DNA of 64,000 nt from an uncultured virus (IMG/VR IMGVR_UViG_3300028840_003539) (Duplodnaviria > Heunggongvirae > Uroviricota > Caudoviricetes), in the IMG/VR virus record IMGVR_UViG_3300028840_003539; one strand, 5' to 3'. Of this stretch, positions 10,734 to 20,383 are shown piece by piece (position 1 is the first letter of the stretch; the number at the start of each line of letters is the position of its first letter). A program made the position numbers and the translations under genes. The notes beneath the pieces were generated by a model. That model made no database searches, had not been told where the DNA came from, and was given only the letters and a program-made list of their open reading frames with translations.

Positions 10734-12091
10734 CGTCTATTCCTGCAGGTAGCCGCGCGCCTTCATCTCCTCGATCACCGCGTGCTTCAGTTCGTCGTCG
10801 TAGTCCGTCTTCATGATCGCATCGCGCAACTGCTGCCACGCGGGCTCGGCTTCTGGCCCGTCGACCGTAGGGCAGTGCTCCAAGATCTCGACTTCCTTCC
10901 TCGCGAGGAAATCGTTCACACGCTCTTCGATGGTCATCACGTCCTCCTAGCCAAGCAGTGGAAGATGCAGCGCGCGCAGCAAAAGCCCGACGGGCACGAC
11001 GAGCAGTAGCACGCCGAGAAACATCGCGTACATGAACGGTGTCAACAGCATCGCCAGCCACGTCGGCAGTGGCTTCGGCAGCGCCGGCTGCTTCCAGGGG
11101 TTACGTTTCATAGGTTCGCCAGCGCGCTTTCTTTTCGAACAGCGACGGCACCTCGGCGTCGCGCCAGGCCATCTCGCTGCCGCACTGCGGGCACCGAATC
11201 TCAGCTATCCGACCCAGCACGCGCGCGATCGAGTCGTAGCGCGCGACCAGGACGCGGCATCCGCAGGTGAGGCAGGTGGCTTTGCGGGCGAAGATCACGA
11301 CGCCTCCCCAGGAAACTTGACGCCCCACTTCTTGCAGAAGCGTCGCGCGCCTTTCTCGTCGGTCCAACGTCGCATCGTCTGCGGATATCGGATGCGCTGG
11401 CCGCTATAGTAGCGGTCCCAGAGCCAGCCGATCTCGTAGTCGTCATGGCCGTACCGCGTGCAGAAGTGGCCGTAGCCGCTTGTCGACCGACGGCCCATCA
11501 GCGCAGCAACCCCGCCAGGTACAATATCGAAACTTTCACGAACGCGCGAACAGCCGCGCTGGTTATCGTCCTGCCGCCAGGGCTCAACATGAGCTTCGCT
11601 CTTTCCTTTGTCGCTGCAGGCCAGACGCAGATCAAGTCGTTATCTGGTCCTGCCCACACGCCAACGTGCCACCGCGGGTCCTTTACAGCGATACGTACCG
11701 AGCCCGGATGCGCGTACCAAACAGCGTCCCATCCAGCGACATGCATGAGTGTCTCGACCAGAAGCATCGTTCTACCTTAGCAGCCCTGCTTCTTCGAGCG
11801 CATCCAGCACGTCGGCGACGTCCAGCTCGCGCGTCGCGTCTTGGCGCTTGAGCTTCGACCGAGCCTCGCCGATCACGTCCTTGACTGCAGCGCGTTTGCC
11901 CAGGTACCAGCCGGTGAACTTCAGCGGCGCGTGTTGCCTGCAGATCTCCAGCACCTTGTCGGCTTCCGCGCACCACACCTCTTTTGCTTCGTCTGGCAGG
12001 TCGGTGTAGAAGTCGTCCGTGTCGCTCCACGTGTCGTGCACGTAGGCTGCGAGGGCTTCGCGCAGGTCGCGTGGCGTCGTCCTGTACGTTG

Positions 12092-12769
12092 TCATTCTTC
12101 TGGCTCCTCGAACGTGGCTTGGTAGGCGAGCGACACGACGTAGATGTCACGCGGCGCCGTGTGCGCCTGCAGGTCGAGGTAGAAGTGCTGCCGCGGGGGC
12201 GCGATCGGCGCGTCCGGCGTGCCGTCTGCCTTGAGCCAGCACGCCTGCAGCGTGACCGGACCTGCAGCGAGATCGAACAGCGGAATGCGCTCCGTCTGCG
12301 GCTGGTCGCCGATGTAGAGCTGCATGACGTTCTCGCGACCGAAGGTGCCGTCGCCCCACGCGTCGGGATCTCGGGGGTCGAGCGTAGAAAACTCGTAGGG
12401 CTTGTCGCGCACCAGGGGGACCGAAAAATCGACCACCTCTCGGACCATTATAGACGCATGCGGATGCAGCAGCCTGACCTGTGTGAAGCGCACGAGATCG
12501 ATGGAGCGACCAAACTGCTTCGACGGAATGCTGCAAGGAGGCTCCTTGGGCATCACGCCGTTTTCACGAAAGAGCCATGCGCTGTCGTACAGCATCTTTG
12601 CGCCAGGACCACACGAGCGGCCCCACAGGCGTTCTCGCAAGTCGATGGCGTAGTACAGCGTGCCGCAGTAGCAATCGTGCTGTCGTATGATGGGCATCAG
12701 CAATCTCCTGCTGTTGGCTTCTATCAGGCGTCTGACCACAACTCCTTCGCGACGTCCTTGAACGCGCAC
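12092..12769 (-). CDS. Hypothetical protein
   Basis: Long ORF in the operon; start uncertain. Confidence 0.55.
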   Translation of the reverse strand: MRVQGRREGVVVRRLIEANSRRLLMPIIRQHDCYCGTLYYAIDLRERLWGRSCGPGAKMLYDSAWLFRENGVMPKEPPCSIPSKQFGRSIDLVRFTQVRLLHPHASIMVREVVDFSVPLVRDKPYEFSTLDPRDPDAWGDGTFGRENVMQLYIGDQPQTERIPLFDLAAGPVTLQACWLKADGTPDAPIAPPRQHFYLDLQAHTAPRDIYVVSLAYQATFEEPEE

Positions 12770-14796
12770 CTAGCAGCTGCTGAAAACGCCCTGCCGCCGC
12801 GCCACAGAGACCACCAACGACGGCTTCGCTTTCGAAGCTGGCAGTTGATGCGGGCAGCGTAGATCAACACTGCGGCTCCGACCTGGTCTGGCGACATCTC
12901 GTCGTAGTTCTCCTTGACCAGCTGGTTGATGTCTTTTTGCAGCGCCAGCATCTGCTCGCCGATCTGCTGGGGCTCCTCGCGCGCCTGCTGCTCCCTACGC
13001 CTACGTTTGGCTTTCTTGCCGGACATCAGACTCCTCCTCCTCAGCTTTGACCACCACGCACGAGCCGTTCTTCAGCTCCAGCTGCAGTGTCTTCGCGTCC
13101 GTCGCTGTCTTGGTCCGCGGCTTGTCAAGTACGCCCTGGCTCTCGAAATACTTGTAGAGGATGCAGAACGCGGCAGCAGCCTCCTCTGCGTCTCCGATCT
13201 TGATGTCGACCTGCGACCCTGGGTTCTGACGTGCCACATCAGCCAAGCCGAGCTTGTAGAGCCCCCGTGACTGCAGCCGCTTCGCACCGCGCTTGAGCGC
13301 TTCCTCGAACGTCTCGTCGGTCACGCCTTGGCCTCCTCGGCGATGCTGATGCCAAGACGTGCTTCGATCCGCGACAGCGCATCGTCAGCATCGACGTCTA
13401 CGCTCTCGAAGATTTCACGGCACATCTGCGTGCGCAGAAAGCTGGCTGCGTGAAACCGCGCACGACTGCTCGGCGAGCGCAGGTCCGAAATCGCTTGGCG
13501 AACCATCTCGGCTGCCAGCATTCTCAGGTTGTCCGGGTCGACTTCTCGTGTCTCCATCAGCTGCCTCTCTCGTTGTCCATGCAAACGAGATGGTCGACGT
13601 AGTCGAGCAACTTCAGTACCAGAAGCTCGATGTTCTTGAGCCTGTCGTGGATATCCTGCAGGTCGATCTGCGGAATGCCCTTGCCGTAGCGGTCCGCGTC
13701 CAGCTTGTCTTCCGGTGGTCCTTGCTGTTCGTGGATCGGCGCGTCGTGCGCGAGCCCCGTCACTGGCTCGTGGCAGGGTGTCTGCCACGGCGTGCACAGC
13801 GCCACGCGTCGATCGCCACGCTTCTCGATCTTGCCTGCCTCAGTCAACTTACGCAGCGCCGTCGAGAGCTTCATGCCCCAGAGCCGTGTGCCCCAGTGCC
13901 GCCTGATCTCGCTGTCGGTCCGCCCTTCGCCGACCGCCCAGATATAGCGGTGCAGCTCGAACAGGCGCTCGCCGTGCATCTCGGATGGCTTCGGGCGTGC
14001 CTTCGCTTCACGCTCTTCCTCGCCTAAGCAACTCTTGCACCAGACGTGCGGACGGGGCGAACCGCCCGTGCCGCCCGTGCCGGGCTGCAGTGCGGGCACG
14101 GCACGTGCGGCTGTGCCTGGCGGCACCTCCTTGCCACACGCACAACAAAACAGGCGCTCGTATGGTTTCTCGCTCATCAGCATGGCTCCCAGTACGGCAC
14201 GACGAACGCGCCAGCGCAACCAGGGCACCTACGAAGTTCGCCACGGTCCTTGACCGACGGAGGCGAAGGAGCGAAGCCGGACGTCACCTCGACGGAGCGA
14301 CGGCGCTGCAGGACACGCATCCAGACGCCGCAGTGCGGACAGCGTGTGATGGCGAGACGTTCTTCGGTCACAGCAGTTCCCACCATCCACTTCGGGGATT
14401 CCTCGCGACGGGGCGGTCTGTTTCTTCGTCGACGTAGTCGTCACCGCCCTCATCTGGCACCGCGCGGCTGACGTACAGGGCGACATACCGCGGCGTGGCT
14501 GCGTGAATCACGAACGGTTGATTGCAATGGGCACACACGTCTGCGGTGTCGTTGAGCGCCACGGCGATTTCGATCGGCACCGCAGCCCCGTGGTAGTTCC
14601 GCATGGTGCATCTACCAGCTTTGCTCTGGACTTCAGTGATGCTGCCGCAGTGTGGACAGGCGATCATGACGGAGTCGAAGCAGCCCATACGTGTCCTCCG
14701 GCGGTGCTCAGCCTACTTAGCACGCACAGATCGGCACAGTCAACGAAAAAGTCAAAAGGGGCACAAAGCGAAGGAAGGAAAGGCGAAATGGAACGC

Positions 14797-14868
14797 TAGC
14801 GGCGACTGGAATCGAACCAGCGTGGTCCTGGTTATGAGCCAGGATCGGCAGCCAACAGCCTCGCCGCG
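14797..14868 (-). tRNA. tRNA with CAT anticodon (Met/fMet-like), atypical D arm
   Basis: Acceptor GCGGCG/CGCCGC with C1:T72 mismatch; anticodon arm CCTGG-CTCATAA-CCAGG; T arm GCTGG-TTCGATT-CCAGT. CCA is not encoded. Confidence 0.8.
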
Positions 14869-14882
14869 GCATGACGTCTGGC

Positions 14883-14910
14883 ATCGTAGCAAGACGGCGG
14901 GGGTTGTCAA
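14883..14910 (-). promoter_or_regulatory. sigma70-like promoter upstream of the tRNA
   Basis: TTGACA-16 bp-TACGAT with a TGn extension. Confidence 0.65.
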
Positions 14911-15031
14911 GACGCCCAGGATGGGCTAGACTCTTGGCTGTCCTCCTTCAGTTCGGCCATCTCATGCCCTTGGCCCCGAAACACCTGGGTGCACGAAGAC
15001 GTCGGGAGCTACGACGGTTGTCGACGTCTGC

Positions 15032-15568
15032 CTACGACGCGCCGCCCTCGATCATCCGCACGGCTTCATCAGCTGCCGCATTGATCTCGGCCATCCTGGC
15101 GTTGGCAGCAGCGCCTCCACCAGCGTCGGTGTGGAAAATGCGCGCCAGCTCGCGCTGTCGGGCTCTGACAGCTTCGACGGTGACGTTAGCGCGGTCAAGG
15201 CCCAGCATAGCGAAGGGATCGACACGTTGCGTCTGCTGGGCCTGTTGCTGCTGCTGTTGTGCCGCCTTCCGTCGTGCGCGATGCAGTGCTGCTGCCATCA
15301 TCGCTTTCTTGTGAAGGTCTTGCTCGACAGCCGTACCTACGAACTGGCCGCCTAGACGAACCAGCAGCCCGGTCAGCGCGTTTCCCTGTGCTTCGCGTTC
15401 TTCGGCGTAGGTCGTGATCAGATGCGTCAGCTCGTGGGCGATGCAGCGCTCGCCGTACGGGATCGGCTTGCCGCAGACTTCGCAGACGGGCTGCTTGGAC
15501 GGCTCCGGCGAAGGCGGCTTCTTACGCGCCTTCTTCTTGCTCGCCTTCTTAGTTCGCGCCATCGTCAA
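15032..15568 (-). CDS. Protein with C-terminal J-domain (HPD changed to HTD)
   Basis: DPFAMLGL...RELARIFHTDAGG...MAEINAA. Confidence 0.75.
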   Translation of the reverse strand: MTMARTKKASKKKARKKPPSPEPSKQPVCEVCGKPIPYGERCIAHELTHLITTYAEEREAQGNALTGLLVRLGGQFVGTAVEQDLHKKAMMAAALHRARRKAAQQQQQQAQQTQRVDPFAMLGLDRANVTVEAVRARQRELARIFHTDAGGGAAANARMAEINAAADEAVRMIEGGAS

Positions 15569-15760
15569 CGACCGTTGCTCGCTGTGCTAACGGGTGACTT
15601 GGGTGACATCGTGGACACGGCAGGTCGACCAGGTCGTCGACCAGCCGGTTCGGGCCTGGAAATGGGTGCTCGTAGGCTATGCCGCAGTCGCAGTAGACCC
15701 GGATGAACCTGTCGATGCTGCCACCAGGTTCGCACGACATCTTGTGAACGAGCTTCGTTT

Positions 15761-16009
15761 TCACAGCGCCTTCTTCCTCCGCGCGATCTTCAACAACTGC
15801 GCGTGCAGCTCAGCGAACGCGACATCGTACGCCCTGCACACACGCTGCAGCGTGAGCCACGACATCGTCAGGAACGGCATCTCGCCGTCGTTTTCAAGCT
15901 GGCAGAGCCGTGGATTTGACAGTCCGCTGGCTTCGGCGGCGGCACGTAGCGAGCGGCCAAGCTGGACCCGACGCTTCTTCAATGCTTTCGGCAACGTCGT
16001 GCGCGGCAT
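15761..16009 (-). CDS. XRE-family HTH regulator
   Basis: LKKRRVQLGRSLRAAAEASGLSNPRLCQLEND. Confidence 0.8.
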   Translation of the reverse strand: MPRTTLPKALKKRRVQLGRSLRAAAEASGLSNPRLCQLENDGEMPFLTMSWLTLQRVCRAYDVAFAELHAQLLKIARRKKAL

Positions 16010-16019
16010 AAGACGCAGG

Positions 16020-16295
16020 CTAGCAGATGGGTGCTTGGTGCGTCAAGCGCAAGCGCTTGCGCACCGCGGCTGCTTGCCTGCGGTCAAGCTCAATAGCGCC
16101 GGCTTCAACTGCCGCGCGTCGGCGGCGCGCTGTCAAATCGTAGTGCGGCACGAAAGAGTTGGCCTGGTACCAGGAACGACGCATCCCGATTTTGTCCGCT
16201 AGCGTGTGTAGCTCAGCCTCGGTGTCCGCAAACATGTGGCAGGAGCGTCCAAGGTGCCATCCGTAGTCGAAGAGGTTGTCGACGTAGACCGCCAT
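16020..16295 (-). CDS. DUF4031-like protein
   Basis: MAVYVD...CHMFADTEAELH..A.KIGMRRSWYQ...HYDLT. Confidence 0.8.
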   Translation of the reverse strand: MAVYVDNLFDYGWHLGRSCHMFADTEAELHTLADKIGMRRSWYQANSFVPHYDLTARRRRAAVEAGAIELDRRQAAAVRKRLRLTHQAPIC

Positions 16296-16891
16296 TAGGC
16301 CAACGCGTACCAGAGCAACCCGACGACGATGGCGACGGGTAGCCAGATTCCGCCTACGGGCTCATCCAACCAGCCGTCGATAGTCGCAAGATGCTTCTCG
16401 GCTCCTGCCTTGACTTCAGCCGGGTCAGCAGTGTACCAGCCGGCGCGACCGACTTCGGCGAAGTATTCGGTGTTGCCTGCCAGCAGCATCGCGTAGGCGT
16501 TGCTGTACCGAGGCTGGCGGACGACAGCGACGAGGTCGCGTACGGCTTCATCGAGCGTGTCGTAGGCTCGCCAGTACATCGAGAAGCACTTCTGGCCGGT
16601 GCCGGGAGCACACTTGAACTTCGACGTCGGATTGTTCGGGTATCCTGCCCTGCATTCACAGCTCTGAGCGACGACGTACGGCTTCGTAGCTCGCCAGGAT
16701 TCCGACGCTTTGAGACCAGCAAGCCGGTAGTTATCAACAGACCGTCCCCAGCCTGTGGACAGAGCTGTGTGCGCCGTCAGCAGGCGTGCTGGAACGTCGG
16801 GCAGCCCGGCTCGCATCAACGCGGCGTGCACCGACAGCGCGAAGTTCTTCGACCCGCCGAAATCAATCTTTTGCGCTGGGACTTCCGGCAT
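16295..16891 (-). CDS. GH73/FlgJ-like peptidoglycan hydrolase homolog with C-terminal TM
   Basis: ALSTGWG, LAGLKA, WRAYDTLDEA, PRY and AGWYTADP resemble GH73 motifs. Confidence 0.65.
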   Translation of the reverse strand: MPEVPAQKIDFGGSKNFALSVHAALMRAGLPDVPARLLTAHTALSTGWGRSVDNYRLAGLKASESWRATKPYVVAQSCECRAGYPNNPTSKFKCAPGTGQKCFSMYWRAYDTLDEAVRDLVAVVRQPRYSNAYAMLLAGNTEYFAEVGRAGWYTADPAEVKAGAEKHLATIDGWLDEPVGGIWLPVAIVVGLLWYALA

Positions 16892-17219
16892 CCCGCGCCT
16901 CCTCACGACTGCAGCGCGCCAGGACTTCGCGAATCCACTGCTTGAGCTTCGCGTCGCGCTCGCGGAGCTTGTTGGCTTCTTCTGGTGTGTAACAGATGAG
17001 TCCGTCGTGCTCGGGCGGTCGATGCGCTCTCGGTGTAGGAAGCACCGGTTTGGGCGGAAGCTCGCAGCGACTCTCGACGATGACGGGTGGAACTTGTGGC
17101 CCGGCCATAGGCTTAGTGCAGCAAGCACAGTCAATGCCGACGACCAACAACACCGCGCCGACTGCGATCGTCGCAGCTTGGCTGAACAGGATGGCGGCGT
17201 CAACGACATCACGGCTCAC
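16863..17219 (-). CDS. Putative o-spanin-like lipoprotein
   Basis: Hydrophobic N-terminus followed by Cys residues and a Pro-rich region; directly after the i-spanin-like gene. Confidence 0.45.
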   Translation of the reverse strand: MSRDVVDAAILFSQAATIAVGAVLLVVGIDCACCTKPMAGPQVPPVIVESRCELPPKPVLPTPRAHRPPEHDGLICYTPEEANKLRERDAKLKQWIREVLARCSREEARDAGSPSAKD

Positions 17220-17536
17220 AGCTGATCTCCCAGCTCGTCGTTGAGTAGCTTCTCGACCGCTTCGGGGTCTTTGCACTCAGCAAGCTTCTCGTGTAGCCCG
17301 TTGATCGTCTTGCGCAGCACTTCGATCTGCGCTTGGCAGTTGTGGCGGTCTTGCCGAATGACGTTCACCTCGGTACGAAGACGCTCGATCGCGCCTCGCG
17401 CGTCCTTCAGCAAGCCAGCCATGTTGTCGCGGGTGACTTCGGCCCTGTGCCGCTTGCTGCGTTCACGCAGTCCCCAGATGAGCAGCGCGATGCCGAGGAC
17501 GAGGCCGCTGCCGGCGCTGATGAGTGCTCCGGTCAT
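17216..17536 (-). CDS. Putative i-spanin-like protein
   Basis: N-terminal TM helix plus a long coiled coil. Confidence 0.5.
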   Translation of the reverse strand: MTGALISAGSGLVLGIALLIWGLRERSKRHRAEVTRDNMAGLLKDARGAIERLRTEVNVIRQDRHNCQAQIEVLRKTINGLHEKLAECKDPEAVEKLLNDELGDQL

Positions 17537-18318
17537 GGCGGCATTCTTTCGAGCACAGCGTCCATCGCTACCTGGATCGCTGGCGGCAACGCTTCCAGCT
17601 GGTCGCGTGTCAGTCGACCTGTCGCTGCCATGGTGGCAAGCACCTCCACACCGGTTGGCCGACGGAGGTTCTTCAACCCAGTCTGAACGCGCTCAGCAAA
17701 CTCAGCCACCTCGCGATATTCAGGGTGCTCTTCGTCTGCTGCAACTGCTTCTACGTCCTGCCAGTCCTCGGCAGAGAGTCGCCGTGGCAAGCCGATCGTC
17801 ACTTGCCCTACGTTGCGTCTGTAGGATTCTGCGTCAGCGTTAGACCAAGCTGCGAGCGCGCTGATGACTTCGGGCACGGTTTCCGCGTTGACAACACGGT
17901 CGACGTACTCGTCGGTGCGCAGCAGCTCCTCTATCGGCATCTCGTCGTCCGCGACAAGCTGCGCGTACGTGTCGAGCGTCGGTCTGCCCCGTCGGTCGAC
18001 CGTGAAGCCGTCGAAGAACGGAAAGGTACCTGCCTTTGTGCGCACGAACCACTCGTGTCGATGCTGGTAGACGTCGACTGGGGCGTGCTCATTGAAGCGC
18101 TTCTTGGTCGTGTTGGACTGAAATCCGCCGGAGTCCAACGTGACGTCGCCGTTGGGGTGGAACGTCACGACATTGGTTCGGTGAAAGCGGATGATGCGTC
18201 GACCGTCCGGTGTGGTGTACTCCAGCGTCGAATGGCCGATGAGGTCTGCTTCGACGTGCTCCTCGGGCAAGTCGTCGATCATCTCGCGCTTGCTTCGTCG
18301 GACGCTGTAGAAGCTCAT
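17533..18318 (-). CDS. Hypothetical phage protein
   Basis: 261-aa ORF coupled to both neighbours. Confidence 0.6.
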   Translation of the reverse strand: MSFYSVRRSKREMIDDLPEEHVEADLIGHSTLEYTTPDGRRIIRFHRTNVVTFHPNGDVTLDSGGFQSNTTKKRFNEHAPVDVYQHRHEWFVRTKAGTFPFFDGFTVDRRGRPTLDTYAQLVADDEMPIEELLRTDEYVDRVVNAETVPEVISALAAWSNADAESYRRNVGQVTIGLPRRLSAEDWQDVEAVAADEEHPEYREVAEFAERVQTGLKNLRRPTGVEVLATMAATGRLTRDQLEALPPAIQVAMDAVLERMPP

Positions 18319-18735
18319 CGCTTCAACGCTTTCTCGATCGCCTTCCGCTGCGCGACCTGCTGTGCGATCCGCAGCCGGTCAAGCGCGGTCAGCCCCTTCG
18401 CCTGCGCAAACTGTGCGGCGACCGCGTAGTGGTCTCCGCCACGGCGCCGAATCAAGTCGGCGATGCGACGGACGTCAGCTTGCTGCAGGCGGCGTCGGGG
18501 TGACATCAGTAATCCTCCAACACGATTTCGATCTCGTCATCGACGAAGGTTAGCTCAGTAAGCGCGTTTTCTACGTGCTTCTTCGCTCTTTGTACGTGGC
18601 CTCGTGCGCGGCCGGGGAACCCTTTGCGGCGCAGAAGCTGGCGTAACACGCTCGCCGCGTCTTCGAGGCGTTCTCCTACCTCTTCGGTTTTTTCACGCAT
18701 CGTGAGCAGCTGTTGCACCAACACTCGGGATGCCA

Positions 18736-19272
18736 TCAGACGGCCTCTTTCTTTCCTTCCGCCAGCTTGCCGAAGATCTTGGGCAGCACCTTCTGACCCA
18801 GCGTCTTCCAGAACAACATCGCTTCGCCGCTCGTCGCGAGTCCGCTCCAGACGAACGTCTTCCAATTCCACGGCTCGGTTGCGAGCGCTTCAGGAATCGT
18901 GCCGGCGAAGCCAAGCAAGACGGCGACGAAGCCTACCTGCCACATGCTCAGCTTGCCAATGATGAACTTGGACGCGAACCGTCGCCAGAGGAACAGCAGC
19001 ATCAAGATGCAACCGGCGATGGCTTCGCGGTACTTGCCGTCCTTGAAGTCGGCCCAGATGCTCGTGCCGGTTTTGACCGCCTCGGGCACGTCCGTCGGCT
19101 CGCCTGCCTTCGTTTCGGCCTTTGCCGGTGCGGTTGCTGGAGCTGCCTTCGCCGGCACAGCCTTCGCCGGCACGGCAGCGTCGACTTCGGGCTTGGCAGC
19201 GTCAGGCGCGGCGTGAACTACGCCAGCCAACGAAAGGCACGTCAGTGCCACAACCAAGGATCTCGCCTTCAT
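18736..19272 (-). CDS. Signal-peptide multi-TM membrane protein (holin candidate)
   Basis: Signal peptide, Ala/Pro/Lys linker and 2-3 TM helices; near the lysis genes. Confidence 0.5.
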   Translation of the reverse strand: MKARSLVVALTCLSLAGVVHAAPDAAKPEVDAAVPAKAVPAKAAPATAPAKAETKAGEPTDVPEAVKTGTSIWADFKDGKYREAIAGCILMLLFLWRRFASKFIIGKLSMWQVGFVAVLLGFAGTIPEALATEPWNWKTFVWSGLATSGEAMLFWKTLGQKVLPKIFGKLAEGKKEAV

Positions 19273-19771
19273 CGTACACTCTCTTCCCTGGCGGCGGACG
19301 TCGGTAGTGTAACACAAGAGCTAGGCGTAGAACTCCCAGTCGCGCACCTTGAAACCTTCTCCCCGCAAACCGTCTATGGTTTCGATAGCTTTCGTGTAGG
19401 TGGGTGCTCTGACGACGAGGTAGTAAACGGCTTCTCCCTCGGGGCTCTGCGCTCCGATGCAACGGCAGGTCAGCACACCGACCGGCTGCGGGGGCTCCGC
19501 CGCGGCAGGCGCAGCCACACGTAGCCGGACCGTGCCCAGGAGATCTGCACCGTCCATTTCCAGCAGCATCAAGTCCATCTTGCGCCAGGCCGAGCTGACA
19601 GCGATGTCGACCGTGATGGCGCCGTCCATGAACGCTTGAAACAAACCTCGGACTTGGTCTTTGCAGTGCTCGACAGCTGCGATGTCGCGCTTTTCCCTCT
19701 CACTCATCGTGTGCCTCCAGCAATCAACCGGAGAGAGGGTAGCGGAGCCGTGCTTACTGTGTCAAGCGGCG

Positions 19772-20329
19772 CTAGGCGTTGTAGGCGTACGGCTTGTGTC
19801 CGTTCAGCGTGAGGTACTCGTCCTCGGCATGCCCGCCGACGTGCGCGTTGATGAGCAGCTCGCCCACTAACGGTGCCTCGGCGTACAACGCAAGGCGGAC
19901 CCACGGCGCGTGCACTTTCGTCGTCACCCAGAGGGCAAAGCCGTGGTAGGTCAGCGGCACGTTGAGCGTCATCACGCGCCTGGCGGGCTCCTGCGACACC
20001 ATGCCGCTGGGGTCCTGCACCTCGACCACTTCGCGCGACCAGGGCAGGCTGTTCGGGATGCCGATGAGGCCGCGCACGCTGGGCGGTGCTTGCAAGCTTT
20101 GTCTGACGTCGTCGCCCCAGAACTCACGCCACCAGTTCAACGTGAGCACGTTGCCGCCAGCTGCCGTGTAGACAAACTCGAACGTGCACAGACACGCTTC
20201 CTTGCCCGAGAACAACCGTACCGGCTTGGTGTGCGACACGTCGGCCGGCGGTGTCGGCACTACGCTGTTGAAGGGATTTCCGGCAGAGTCTTCCGCGACT
20301 TGCGTGTTGAAGATGCAGATCTTTGACAT
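19772..20329 (-). CDS. Hypothetical protein
   Basis: 185-aa ORF with upstream GGAG. Confidence 0.6.
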   Translation of the reverse strand: MSKICIFNTQVAEDSAGNPFNSVVPTPPADVSHTKPVRLFSGKEACLCTFEFVYTAAGGNVLTLNWWREFWGDDVRQSLQAPPSVRGLIGIPNSLPWSREVVEVQDPSGMVSQEPARRVMTLNVPLTYHGFALWVTTKVHAPWVRLALYAEAPLVGELLINAHVGGHAEDEYLTLNGHKPYAYNA

Positions 20330-20383
20330 CGGAGTCTCCAGGGAAGCAGACGGAAGGAGTCTAACGCATGCGGCGGGCGCTGT

